64,000 bases of DNA from an uncultured virus (IMG/VR IMGVR_UViG_3300020438_000025) (taxonomy: Duplodnaviria; Heunggongvirae; Uroviricota; Caudoviricetes). The stretch lies in the IMG/VR virus record IMGVR_UViG_3300020438_000025. One strand, given 5' to 3'. The notes under the pieces were generated by a model that saw only the letters and a list, made by a program, of their open reading frames with translations, searched no databases and was not told the DNA's origin. Shown here in pieces: positions 46,900 through 56,463 of this stretch. Position numbers and translations under genes: made by a program. Within the stretch, counting starts at the first letter, position 1. Each line of letters begins with the position of its first letter.

Positions 46900-47529
46900 T
46901 TAAGATCCAGCGCCGGTAGCCAGTGTATTGACAAAACGTCCTACATTTGTACCAATACCTACTTGTCCTCCACCTTCTGTTTGGATTGCATTATCAAAAC
47001 TTATTGTTAATGAAATAGTCACAGGTTCAGAGGTAGCATAATTTAAGGTATTATATGTTGCATTCTCAATAAAACATCCAAACAGTTCAAATGTTTCAAG
47101 AACACCTGGTACAAATTCTCCATTTCCACCATCAAGGATTTCAATAACCATTGTAAATTTATAATCTTGTCCAGATGCTGCACTCGATTGTTCATAAAAA
47201 TCAAATTGTTTTTGCAACTGTTGGCCAACGAGCTTTTGCACATTTGCATTAACATCTTCTCGTAGATTAATGTTCATTGGATCCCAAGTGTGCTTGCCAG
47301 CAATGTAAACTTTTGAGTTGTATACATCAAGTGGTACTTTCTCAAAACTTACATTTGGCCTACTTAGGTCAATGACCTGTTTGGTGAGTTCTGTAGTAAT
47401 ATTATCTACACCAAAATTTAGAAAAGATACTCTAAATCTATATTGCAACTTAGGCATTAATAGCCCTTGTGATGTTGCTGACTGATCCGTTGCTAAGGGT
47501 ACAGTCATTTTTGTTAAACTTATCGCCAT
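46900..47529 (-). CDS. gp19: Tail tube protein (T4 gp19-like)
   Basis: PKLQYRFRV, AGKHTW and LFGCFI motifs; directly downstream of the sheath gene; CTAAATA upstream. Confidence 0.88.
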   Translation of the reverse strand: MAISLTKMTVPLATDQSATSQGLLMPKLQYRFRVSFLNFGVDNITTELTKQVIDLSRPNVSFEKVPLDVYNSKVYIAGKHTWDPMNINLREDVNANVQKLVGQQLQKQFDFYEQSSAASGQDYKFTMVIEILDGGNGEFVPGVLETFELFGCFIENATYNTLNYATSEPVTISLTISFDNAIQTEGGGQVGIGTNVGRFVNTLATGAGS

Positions 47530-47566
47530 TAAATTACTCCTAATCTAATAATATTTAGCATATTTT

Positions 47567-47587
47567 ACGGTGCAAAAAATGCACCGT
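47567..47587. terminator. Hairpin between the sheath and tube genes
   Basis: ACGGTGCA-AAAAA-TGCACCGT; the T-tract is only on the plus strand. Confidence 0.5.
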
Positions 47588-47593
47588 TTTTTA

Positions 47594-50500
47594 TTATAAG
47601 CCGGCTATTTCTCCTGTATTCTTAAGTCGCAATGGAATGTAAATAAACTCTACTGCTTTTACAGGTTCTATCGCAATATCAAGATATAACTCGTTACGAT
47701 CTATCCTTGCAGGTGTATTGTTTGTTTCGTCACATACAACAAGGAAATCATATAGAGCACGTAATCCAACTAATTCTAACATCAATGTTTCTGCAGCCGC
47801 TTTAATTTCATCTCGCGTAATCCTATCATTTGGTTCAAATAGATATGGTTTAGCAAGGGTGTTTAATTGACTACGTAGGAAAATAACAAGTCTTGCAACA
47901 TTGATTCTATCCAAAGCACTTGCTGTCAATTGTCTAGTTTTTTGTCCAAAATTGACTAATCCTGCTCCTGAAATAAAGGTAATTGGATTTACATTACTTG
48001 CATATAATGTGTCACGCATACCTTCATTTATCGTCATACTTTTAAATTCTCCTTCAGCTGTTATAAATCCAGTTGAAGTAGCATTGGTAATTCCACCTCT
48101 CCTAGTACCAGCTGGTGCAAACCACGGAAAACTAACTTGATCACTTAATGCAAGAGTACGCATCATCATGTGACTTGCAGGAACAACAACATTATTACCA
48201 AAATTATCACTGGTGAAGCCCGCAGGATAAAACACAGCAAGATATGGATCTGCTGTTACTAATCCATCATCATTATCTTCAACTGCTGACGCAGTGTTTT
48301 TTGCCCAATTATTCAATTTTGTAGCATTTGCTTCTAATCTAAATGGCGAGTCTCCTAAGATGAAAGCTGTAAGACCTCTATCATTATTTAATGATTTCAT
48401 TTCTCCAATAAGTTCTGGATATCCAGGACAAGACATAACATTAAACAGCCGAGAATCAGTGTCACGTATTTCATCGTTGCTGTTTACTACTGCTTGCAAT
48501 TTCTGTACTACAACTTTACGTTGTGCAATCCTACCAAATGATCCTGATCCGTCGTCTTTATTTGCAGATTCAGATACCCATCTATCAACAAAGTAGCTTG
48601 CCATTGATTCATCGTTGTATCTAGTATTTTTCGCAGATCCATCTATATATGATCGTGCATATTTTTTGACGTTAAACCCACTTCGTCGCAGATTAAATAA
48701 AAGCATGCCTTTTGGATATAAAGCAGGATCAGGTGAATCAAAATCTACAAAGTCTGACGCTAGTAAATCAGTAATTTTTCCAACTGTATTACTATTTGCA
48801 CCAGCAGTATTATATCTTGCATCAGCAAATAACATTCCATTTTCTGTTGTCTGATCGGAGGTATCTACTTGGAACCATCGATTTTCCAAAGTCAAGTCAG
48901 TCCTTGCTGCGTTAAATTTATAAATTTTTGGATAATTTTCTAAATCTGTTGTATCAATCCATAGATCACCGGTAACTAATGTAGTGCCATCACTCTGCAA
49001 TAGCGGCTTAGTGGCAGACACTAACGGTCCAGCAGGATCTGTTTGCAGTGCAGCATTAGCATTATAAAATTGACTAGCAGTAGAGCTTTGTCCACTTGAT
49101 CCATCATATAGATAACCGACAAATTCTGATCCATTATGGACTAGTACGTCAGCTTCGTCTACCACAGAACTATACCATAATCTACCATCAAGTGTTTTAC
49201 TTGTCACTGCATTGTCGCTAGCGGTATAAGTAAGTGTTTTCCACAAACTTGCTTGTAACTGTAAAGGATCAGTTGCGCTTGTTGTGCCTGGTTGATGATA
49301 AAGATTTAATGTACCATTGGTAGCACTTACATATGCACTGAATCCAGCAGCAGTCAACATGCCGTCAGTATCAGTAAACTTAATATCTCCGCCTAGTGCA
49401 TGTTTTATAACAATTCGATTGTCTGATGTAACTTCAGATGTTACATTAGCCAACCCTGCATTATTTACTGCTGTTGAAAAGTCTGCAGCATTTGTAGTAG
49501 CAGTGCCACTGAAATTCATTGTAACAGTGGCAGCACTACTAAAGGCAGATGAGCCTGCAGCCGTAGCAGCCATTGTAAAAGTTTTGTTTGATCCAGTTTT
49601 GCCGGTAAATGTTGCAGTTGTCACAGCTGATCCTGCAATTGTAGTTGGATATATACTGTTGCGTCTAAATAATGTAAATGTGCCAAGTGGATTTGTAGCA
49701 TCAGCTACATTAAATTTCATGTATACTTTGCCAGTGAGTAAGTTTACTCCTCCACCAGTGCGATCTAAATCATATATTGCAGCTTCATTAGTATCATACA
49801 CTGACACAGTGTCTGTTTCCCAAAGTTTAGTTGTATCATTCCATTTTTTCACTTGGAATTTCTGTCCTAAATTCGCAGTGGTTGTTTTTAACCAAAGAGA
49901 TCCTGTAGGACGAGGATTTGCATCTGTATCTTTGTACAAAGGTACTTGTGTATGTTTTGCTATTGTTAATTTAGGAGCATAAAAAGTTTTAGTAGCATAA
50001 CTTGCACTTGTAGGGAAAAATCCTAGTGCTTTTGCATTAGCAGCACTAGCTGCACCATCAAGTATAATGATTTGACCGCTTGCATTTGTAATGTCAGCAT
50101 ATAATTCTAACTTGTTATCTACAACAGCAACTGTAATGCCACTGATGTTAGCAGCATCTATCTTTGTTTTGACAGCATTAGCATCATCGTTGGCTGCTAA
50201 AGCTACTGGCACTGTATTAATTGTTAAATTAGCACTTTCAGCCACTTGAGGACTAGCCACTGTGCCTGCTACTGTTGGCCAACTTTTAGTCCATGCATCA
50301 CTGCCTACTAATACCCATGTACCACTGTAATTTCTATAAAAAACTTTGTTTAGTGTAGTTGTAGCAATAACAGCATATTCTCCGTTAGCACCTACTGAAC
50401 CTGAAGGAATGTCACCAACAATACCATTCGCACTAAGTGTGCCTGTATTACTAACTTTTGTAGCATCAGTGATTACTGTTGGTACTTTGTTTGTGAAAAT

Positions 50501-50977
50501 TTGCCCTTTGTTAATAACACTATCTCCGTTCCATTGTTGGATACCCCATAAACTAGTGCTAGTATCAAACCAGTAAGCACCATCAGTAGGATCAGCTCCA
50601 GGAGCAACAGTTGCAGATTCAAGCTCAGATAAATCTACATCTGCTCTTACTACAAATGCTCTATTTGCTACTCCCAAATAACTATATGCAGCTTGCAAAC
50701 CGTATTCATTAAGTTCACTTCCATGGATTGGATTGTTATTGTTGTCTGTTTTGAAAATAGGATCGCCAAACGTATCTACTAAATCTCTTTGCGAAGTAAG
50801 TAGATAAGGCACTCCAGCATTCTTTGCCATTGTTCCTTGTGCTGTAGCCGTGCCAGCACCATTCTTTTTGTTTGCTGCCGAGACAACAAAAATCATAGGT
50901 AAGGTACCTGGTTCAGCTGGAGTATAAAAACTTTCGTCTACTACACTGACCTGTACACCTGGTGATACTAATGCCAT
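47594..50977 (-). CDS. gp18: Tail sheath protein (T4 gp18-like, enlarged)
   Basis: MALVSPGV start, PWFAPAG.RRG, GQKT, SALDRINVARL and PVKAVEFIYI motifs; AGGAG RBS. Confidence 0.96.
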   Translation of the reverse strand: MALVSPGVQVSVVDESFYTPAEPGTLPMIFVVSAANKKNGAGTATAQGTMAKNAGVPYLLTSQRDLVDTFGDPIFKTDNNNNPIHGSELNEYGLQAAYSYLGVANRAFVVRADVDLSELESATVAPGADPTDGAYWFDTSTSLWGIQQWNGDSVINKGQIFTNKVPTVITDATKVSNTGTLSANGIVGDIPSGSVGANGEYAVIATTTLNKVFYRNYSGTWVLVGSDAWTKSWPTVAGTVASPQVAESANLTINTVPVALAANDDANAVKTKIDAANISGITVAVVDNKLELYADITNASGQIIILDGAASAANAKALGFFPTSASYATKTFYAPKLTIAKHTQVPLYKDTDANPRPTGSLWLKTTTANLGQKFQVKKWNDTTKLWETDTVSVYDTNEAAIYDLDRTGGGVNLLTGKVYMKFNVADATNPLGTFTLFRRNSIYPTTIAGSAVTTATFTGKTGSNKTFTMAATAAGSSAFSSAATVTMNFSGTATTNAADFSTAVNNAGLANVTSEVTSDNRIVIKHALGGDIKFTDTDGMLTAAGFSAYVSATNGTLNLYHQPGTTSATDPLQLQASLWKTLTYTASDNAVTSKTLDGRLWYSSVVDEADVLVHNGSEFVGYLYDGSSGQSSTASQFYNANAALQTDPAGPLVSATKPLLQSDGTTLVTGDLWIDTTDLENYPKIYKFNAARTDLTLENRWFQVDTSDQTTENGMLFADARYNTAGANSNTVGKITDLLASDFVDFDSPDPALYPKGMLLFNLRRSGFNVKKYARSYIDGSAKNTRYNDESMASYFVDRWVSESANKDDGSGSFGRIAQRKVVVQKLQAVVNSNDEIRDTDSRLFNVMSCPGYPELIGEMKSLNNDRGLTAFILGDSPFRLEANATKLNNWAKNTASAVEDNDDGLVTADPYLAVFYPAGFTSDNFGNNVVVPASHMMMRTLALSDQVSFPWFAPAGTRRGGITNATSTGFITAEGEFKSMTINEGMRDTLYASNVNPITFISGAGLVNFGQKTRQLTASALDRINVARLVIFLRSQLNTLAKPYLFEPNDRITRDEIKAAAETLMLELVGLRALYDFLVVCDETNNTPARIDRNELYLDIAIEPVKAVEFIYIPLRLKNTGEIAGL

Positions 50978-51020
50978 AATCAAATCTCCTCATGTTGGAT
51001 TATTATATCTATTCTAAGTA

Positions 51021-51092
51021 TATTTATTAAAAATTTTAGAAAATAGTATTTTTGCTCAGTTTGAAAAGGTGTCAAAAAGGTGAATATAAATA
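51021..51092. promoter_or_regulatory. Divergent late promoters: ATAAATA minus at 51021-51027, TATAAATA plus at 51085-51092
   Basis: T4-like late motifs upstream of the sheath gene and the HNH gene. Confidence 0.65.
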
Positions 51093-51096
51093 CTGT

Positions 51097-51435
51097 ATGC
51101 GCCCTTTATGTGGTTGTGGTTTTTATCCTGCAGCAATAAATTATAAAAAAAATAATCGTATATATTATAGAAGCAAGTGTGATAGATGTTTACGTCTTCC
51201 TTCTGGACAGTTTAATGTTCCGAAATGGTATTCCGCTGGCTATAGAATGAAAACATATTGTGAAAAATGTAACTTTCGTAGTAAACACACAGAGCAATTT
51301 AATGTATATCACATTGACGGAAATTTGCTTAATTGTGGTTTCAAAAATTTAAAAACTATATGTGCAAATTGCCAGCGTATTTTATGTAAACATGGTGTAA
51401 CTTGGAAACAAGGAGATCTCTTACCTGATTTTTAA
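51097..51435 (+). CDS. Zn-binding HNH-like endonuclease
   Basis: CEKC..HIDGN..N...NLKTICANC motif; start 4 nt below TATAAATA. Confidence 0.8.
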   Translation: MRPLCGCGFYPAAINYKKNNRIYYRSKCDRCLRLPSGQFNVPKWYSAGYRMKTYCEKCNFRSKHTEQFNVYHIDGNLLNCGFKNLKTICANCQRILCKHGVTWKQGDLLPDF

Positions 51436-51437
51436 AA

Positions 51438-51719
51438 ATGGAAATAAAGTACAAATACAACGAAAAAAAATTACTTAATGATTTGCAAAAATATATTGAT
51501 AATACATATAGCGAACATTATTCTATGCAAAATATCCAAGCAACAGAATTCATAATTGATGCGGGATTAGGAGAAGGATTTACTTTGGGCAATGTAATTA
51601 AATATGCACAAAGATATGGAAAAAAAGATGGGTATAATCGAAAAGATTTATTAAAAGTTTTACATTATGCACTAATGTCTTTATATTTGCACGATAGGCA
51701 TAATGAATCTAGCGGCTGA
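51438..51719 (+). CDS. DUF3310-like protein (T7 gp1.7-like nucleotide kinase family)
   Basis: HYS..IQATEFI..GFTLGNVIKY..RYGKK.G..DLLK motif. Confidence 0.75.
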   Translation: MEIKYKYNEKKLLNDLQKYIDNTYSEHYSMQNIQATEFIIDAGLGEGFTLGNVIKYAQRYGKKDGYNRKDLLKVLHYALMSLYLHDRHNESSG

Positions 51720-52218
51720 ATTTGTCTATTCTTTGATGATGCCTTCCTTCTTCAAATCTTGTTGTCAAAAAAGTTTCGACAATTGGAATAATTTGATCAG
51801 ATTCTAAAGTACGTGCACCTAAACACAAAACATTTGCGTTATTATGTTTCCGTGTCATGGAAGCTGTATGCACATTGTGACATAGTGCAGCACGTATATG
51901 ATAAAATTTATTTGCTGCCATACACATTCCAATACCAGTACCACACACAAGAATGCCTATGTGCTGTACATTGCCTAACATTTCAGCACATACCTTGTTT
52001 GCAAAGTCTGGATAATCAACACTATTTGTTCCTTTACAGCCTAGATCTCTTACCGTAAAATCACTGAATTTATTATTTACATTGTACATATTATGTAATG
52101 TTTTTTCATACAGTGATGCTTTGAATCCTAAATCTATTTTTTTATTGTTAAGCAACCATAAATAGATGTTGTTTTTACATTCAAATCCAGCATGATCACT
52201 AGCAAGTAAAATTTCCAT
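51709..52218 (-). CDS. rpiB: Ribose-5-phosphate isomerase B
   Basis: SDHAG, DYPD, CGTGIG, ANK, HNNANVLCLGAR and FEEGRH..R motifs. Confidence 0.95.
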   Translation of the reverse strand: MEILLASDHAGFECKNNIYLWLLNNKKIDLGFKASLYEKTLHNMYNVNNKFSDFTVRDLGCKGTNSVDYPDFANKVCAEMLGNVQHIGILVCGTGIGMCMAANKFYHIRAALCHNVHTASMTRKHNNANVLCLGARTLESDQIIPIVETFLTTRFEEGRHHQRIDKFSR

Positions 52219-52219
52219 A

Positions 52220-52975
52220 TTAACCAATTAAAAAAGAATAACCACTTCCACCAGGTACTGCTGTTGCTACTTCTGCCTCTAATTTTTCCATTTCCTGTGC
52301 TGCTTCATTTTTCAATGTGTCTCCATTTAGTTGTCCGCCACCTTGTGGACCTGCAATTGTGGCAAACTTTGACCTAGCTTCTCCAAGCATGTGTTTACTT
52401 ACTGCTAAGGTATAATCTCGGATCCAACTGTTTGCAAGGTAATCTTCTAAAAGTTGATCATCTGGCCTATAATTATAGCACTCTAATAGTAAAGTTTCTT
52501 CTGCTCTAGGACGCTGCAATATAGTCAATTTTTTTGTTGTTCTATTCCAGTTAAATTCAATGAATGATCCGAACATTCTACCTACTAATTCTTGGTATTG
52601 ACTAAACATATCATAAGTCGCCAATCCACCAACTTTTGATCCGGCAAGTAAGTAAGCATTTGTATAAGCTAAATTAAATGGTTCAAACAATGTTCCGCCG
52701 TCCCCGCCACCAGTTCTCGAACCGACACTACGCCTGAATATTTTCCTTACCTCTTGTATTTCTTTTGGAAGTATATAAGCATTTTCATCTACAATAGTAG
52801 GCATAAAAATATAACTTTCTTCTACACTATTTTCAGATCTCTGTCTAAAACGAGTAAATGCTTTATTCAATGCAGTTTCATAATGTACAGGATCAAGCTC
52901 AACATCAACCATACCTCCGCCCAATCTGTTGTGTACATAATCAAATACTTCTTGTTTTTTGCTAATAGTAGCCAT
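52220..52975 (-). CDS. gp13: Neck protein (T4 gp13-like)
   Basis: RLGGGMVDVEL and WIRDY.LA..K..LG..RSKF..I.GP.GG..LNG motifs. Confidence 0.85.
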   Translation of the reverse strand: MATISKKQEVFDYVHNRLGGGMVDVELDPVHYETALNKAFTRFRQRSENSVEESYIFMPTIVDENAYILPKEIQEVRKIFRRSVGSRTGGGDGGTLFEPFNLAYTNAYLLAGSKVGGLATYDMFSQYQELVGRMFGSFIEFNWNRTTKKLTILQRPRAEETLLLECYNYRPDDQLLEDYLANSWIRDYTLAVSKHMLGEARSKFATIAGPQGGGQLNGDTLKNEAAQEMEKLEAEVATAVPGGSGYSFLIG

Positions 52976-52994
52976 AAAAATAGTTCTCCAATTG

Positions 52995-53014
52995 TATTTA
53001 TCGTTCGATAAATA
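52995..53014. promoter_or_regulatory. Back-to-back late promoters (palindrome TATTTATCG-TT-CGATAAATA)
   Basis: GATAAATA on each strand, between the divergent neck genes. Confidence 0.75.
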
Positions 53015-53019
53015 TACGT

Positions 53020-54186
53020 ATGCCTAGACTATCTTTATATAGACCAACTAAGGGTCGCGATTATGAATTTATAGATAATAGTATCTATGAAATGTTTACT
53101 GTAGGTGGTACAGATATTAATATACACAAATATCTTGGCCCTAAAAATCCCCTCGCAGGAGAATCTACTGCTACTGTACCTACTTATAGTGCTGTTGCAG
53201 AAACAAATATACAAGATTTGTTGTTTTTAGAAAATAGAGACAGAAAATACGATGAGGATGTATACACAATTCGTGCTGTGTACAATGTGCAAGATATTGA
53301 TTTTAACCTTACACAATTTGGATTATTTTTAAATAATGAAACACTGTTTATGACGGTACACATTAATAGTTCTGTAAAAGTTATTGGTAGAAAGTTGATG
53401 GCAGGTGATGTGATTGAGTTACCACATTTAAAGGATGAGTATGCTGCAAATGACTTCCAATTAGCATTGAGAGCATATTATGTAGTAGATGATGTGTCTA
53501 GAGCTGCTGAGGGATATAGTCCCACATGGTATCCGCACATTTATAGATTAAAGTTGAAGCAAATAGTTGATAGTCAAGAATTTAAAGATATACTTAACAT
53601 CAAAATGGACGAAGAAAATCCCGGACAAGGTTCTCTGCGTGATTTATTATCAACTTATGAAAAAGAAATGCAAAGTAACACAGCAGTAATACAACAAGCA
53701 GAAGCAGATGCTAAAAAAAGTGGCTATGAAACCAGTCATTTTTTCAGTCTGCAAGTTGGAGAAGATGGAAAAGTAGAGCTTGTAACTACTGATACGACTG
53801 AATTAGATGCTAGTACTGCTAATGAATTAGCAGATCGAGTCATGCAAACACCAGAAAGAATTGGTTATAGTGGCTACATACTCGGAGATGGCATAGCACC
53901 AAATGGTGAAGTATTCGGGCATGGCATAACTTTCCCTGCTAAAAATGTTACAGGCGATTATTTTTTAAGAACAGATATGATTCCTAATCGATTGTTTAGA
54001 TATAGTGGCACAAGATGGATCAAGGTAGAAGATAATGTAAGGATGACAATGACTCAAACCGACACTAGAAACACTCAAAAAGCAGGATTTGTAAACAATA
54101 CAGCTACAGCACAAATTGGTGGAGAAACAGTGCAAGAAAGACAGAGTCTAAGCAAGGCATTGCGAGCAAAAACAGATTCAGTATAA
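53020..54186 (+). CDS. gp14: Neck protein (T4 gp14-like)
   Basis: DLLFLENRDRKY, LTQFGL and GDVIELPH motifs; context between gp13 and gp15. Confidence 0.75.
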   Translation: MPRLSLYRPTKGRDYEFIDNSIYEMFTVGGTDINIHKYLGPKNPLAGESTATVPTYSAVAETNIQDLLFLENRDRKYDEDVYTIRAVYNVQDIDFNLTQFGLFLNNETLFMTVHINSSVKVIGRKLMAGDVIELPHLKDEYAANDFQLALRAYYVVDDVSRAAEGYSPTWYPHIYRLKLKQIVDSQEFKDILNIKMDEENPGQGSLRDLLSTYEKEMQSNTAVIQQAEADAKKSGYETSHFFSLQVGEDGKVELVTTDTTELDASTANELADRVMQTPERIGYSGYILGDGIAPNGEVFGHGITFPAKNVTGDYFLRTDMIPNRLFRYSGTRWIKVEDNVRMTMTQTDTRNTQKAGFVNNTATAQIGGETVQERQSLSKALRAKTDSV

Positions 54187-54195
54187 GGATAATTG

Positions 54196-55659
54196 ATGCA
54201 GCATTTTTATGATGGCCAAATTAGACGATATATAACACAGATGGTTCGTATGCTGAGTAATTTTTCTTATAAAGATGGTCAAGGAGCTCTTGTAAAAATA
54301 CCTGTATTATATGGAGATCTTTCACGTCAAGTAGGATCAATCCTTAAAGATAATTCAGAATTAAAATTATTAAATGCTCCAAAGATAACAATCTATATAA
54401 CAACTTTAGAACTAGATAGAGATAGATTGAGTGATAGTTCATTTATAAGTAAGGTCAACATACGTGAACGTGCATACGATAGTACAAACAAGGAATATTT
54501 AAATCATCAAGGAAAAAATTATACAATAGAAAGGCTAATGCCAACACCATATAATTTATCAGTTAATGCGGATATATGGACTACTAATACAGAACAAAAA
54601 TTACAAATTCTAGAACAAATATTGATGCTTTTTAATCCTAGCTTAGAAATACAAACTACTGATAATTATATTGATTGGACTAGTTTAAGTGTAGTAAATT
54701 TAGAAAATATCAATTTCAGTAGTAGATCTATAGGTTCAAGTACTGAAGATGAAATAGATATTGCAACTATAGGATTTTCTACCCCAATATATATCTCACC
54801 TCCATCGAAAGTAAAAAAATTAGGTGTTGTACATACAGTGATTACGAGCATTTTTAATGAACAACAAGGCAATGTAGATCTAAACGTAACTATGCCTGAA
54901 CTATTAGCTTTTTCAGATTCAAATCGATTTGGTTCAGATGCTGTTGCTAGGACTATTATTGACGAGGATGGAAACAGTAAAATAGTTTATGATGACCTAA
55001 AAGGATCGAGTCCAGATGCAGATGCAAGTATTGTTACAACTTATAATAATTATGATTTATTAGTGTTAAATAATACTTTGAAATTGATAGATAACGATAA
55101 CGCCGGCACTATTACATGGGATGAGTATATTAAAGCATATCCAAATCTATTTCAATCTGGAATTTCACAAATAAGATTATTTAGGAATGACATAGGTAGT
55201 GAAGTAATTGGTACTGTGTCTGTAAATCCATTAGATCCGTTTAGTATGGCAGTCAACTGGGATATAGATACATTACCTAGTGACACTATAATATCCGGGC
55301 CAACTGGAGATAAAACTAAGATCGATTATATCATTGATCCAAGTAAAACCAATCCTACAAATTTAAAACAAGTTGGTTTAAGATTATTACTATTGAATTC
55401 TACTATTGGATCATCTACTAATACAGATGGTGCTGATGCATGGAAGAATGCAAATGGTACTGACTTTGTTGCTGGTGTAAATGATATTGTTGAGTGGAGT
55501 GGCACAGCGTGGAGTGTGGTGTTTGATGCAAGTCAATCTACAACAACTACATATACTACAAACTTAAATACAGGTATACAGTACAAATACGTTTCTAATG
55601 AATGGATTCTTAGTTACGAAGGCGAATATCCGCATGGAAGCTGGCGTATTAAATTTTAA
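54196..55659 (+). CDS. gp15: Tail terminator / sheath stabiliser (T4 gp15-like)
   Basis: HFYDGQIRRY, IPVLYG, MPTPY and QILEQILMLFNP motifs. Confidence 0.88.
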   Translation: MQHFYDGQIRRYITQMVRMLSNFSYKDGQGALVKIPVLYGDLSRQVGSILKDNSELKLLNAPKITIYITTLELDRDRLSDSSFISKVNIRERAYDSTNKEYLNHQGKNYTIERLMPTPYNLSVNADIWTTNTEQKLQILEQILMLFNPSLEIQTTDNYIDWTSLSVVNLENINFSSRSIGSSTEDEIDIATIGFSTPIYISPPSKVKKLGVVHTVITSIFNEQQGNVDLNVTMPELLAFSDSNRFGSDAVARTIIDEDGNSKIVYDDLKGSSPDADASIVTTYNNYDLLVLNNTLKLIDNDNAGTITWDEYIKAYPNLFQSGISQIRLFRNDIGSEVIGTVSVNPLDPFSMAVNWDIDTLPSDTIISGPTGDKTKIDYIIDPSKTNPTNLKQVGLRLLLLNSTIGSSTNTDGADAWKNANGTDFVAGVNDIVEWSGTAWSVVFDASQSTTTTYTTNLNTGIQYKYVSNEWILSYEGEYPHGSWRIKF

Positions 55660-55681
55660 TTAAAACTATTCAAAATTTCTA

Positions 55682-56125
55682 ATGAAAGAAATAATATGCA
55701 GTGGTGCATTAATTTATGCTGTAAATACATGTAAATTTTTATTTGTTCATCGTACAAAAAGTAAAAACAAGAATCTTTGGGGATTGGTAGGAGGAACAAA
55801 TTTACGCCATGAAACTCCTTATACAGCTTTAACAAGAGAAATTACAGAAGAAGTTGGCGTAATAGAAATAAAAAAATCAGTTCCTTTAGAAACTTTTGTA
55901 AGTAATGATCATCATTTTTTATTCCATACATACCTTTGTTTTGTAGATAAAGAATTTATTCCCAAACTAAATGATGAACACAACGGATATGCTTGGGTAA
56001 CACTAGGATATTGGCCTAGACCTCTTCACATTGGGCTTCACAATACATTAAAAAGTAAAATTAATCAAGTAAAAATACAAACCGTAATAGAATGTATTTC
56101 TATCCTTGAGAAAGATAGTAAATGA
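55682..56125 (+). CDS. Nudix hydrolase
   Basis: Nudix box WGLVGG...ALTREITEEVG. Confidence 0.9.
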   Translation: MKEIICSGALIYAVNTCKFLFVHRTKSKNKNLWGLVGGTNLRHETPYTALTREITEEVGVIEIKKSVPLETFVSNDHHFLFHTYLCFVDKEFIPKLNDEHNGYAWVTLGYWPRPLHIGLHNTLKSKINQVKIQTVIECISILEKDSK

Positions 56126-56463
56126 AAAACGAAAACATAAAAAAAACAGATTGGGGATATGAACTACATTGGGCAAAGAATGAGAATTATTCGGCAAAAA
56201 TTTTAGTTTTTGAACAAATTGACAGTAGCGATACTATGTGCTTCCATGTAAAGACTGATAAAACTTTTTTTATCAACAGTGGTAAATTTACATTACGTTA
56301 TATTGATACTAATTCCGGTAATCAATTAGATAGAGAATTTAATGAAGGTGACACAGTAAATGTACCTCCACTAACACCTTATCAATGGATGTGTAATGTA
56401 CCAAATAGTAGCATTACAGAAGTAGCTAATCAAGCTAGCGATAACGATACATATAAAATATGA
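56122..56463 (+). CDS. Cupin (mannose-6-phosphate isomerase-like)
   Basis: WGYE..W, FH..TDKTF.I.SG and PPLTPY motifs. Confidence 0.75.
   Translation: MKNENIKKTDWGYELHWAKNENYSAKILVFEQIDSSDTMCFHVKTDKTFFINSGKFTLRYIDTNSGNQLDREFNEGDTVNVPPLTPYQWMCNVPNSSITEVANQASDNDTYKI

Noticed and set aside
49317..49982. 221-aa antisense ORF in the sheath gene, and the other short antisense ORFs in the track
   Set aside because: They lie fully opposite well-supported genes, have no RBS, promoter or recognisable motifs, and are expected from codon bias.
51097..51435. HNH gene as a mobile homing endonuclease
   Set aside because: It is short, has its own late promoter and does not interrupt a gene; more likely a resident gene.
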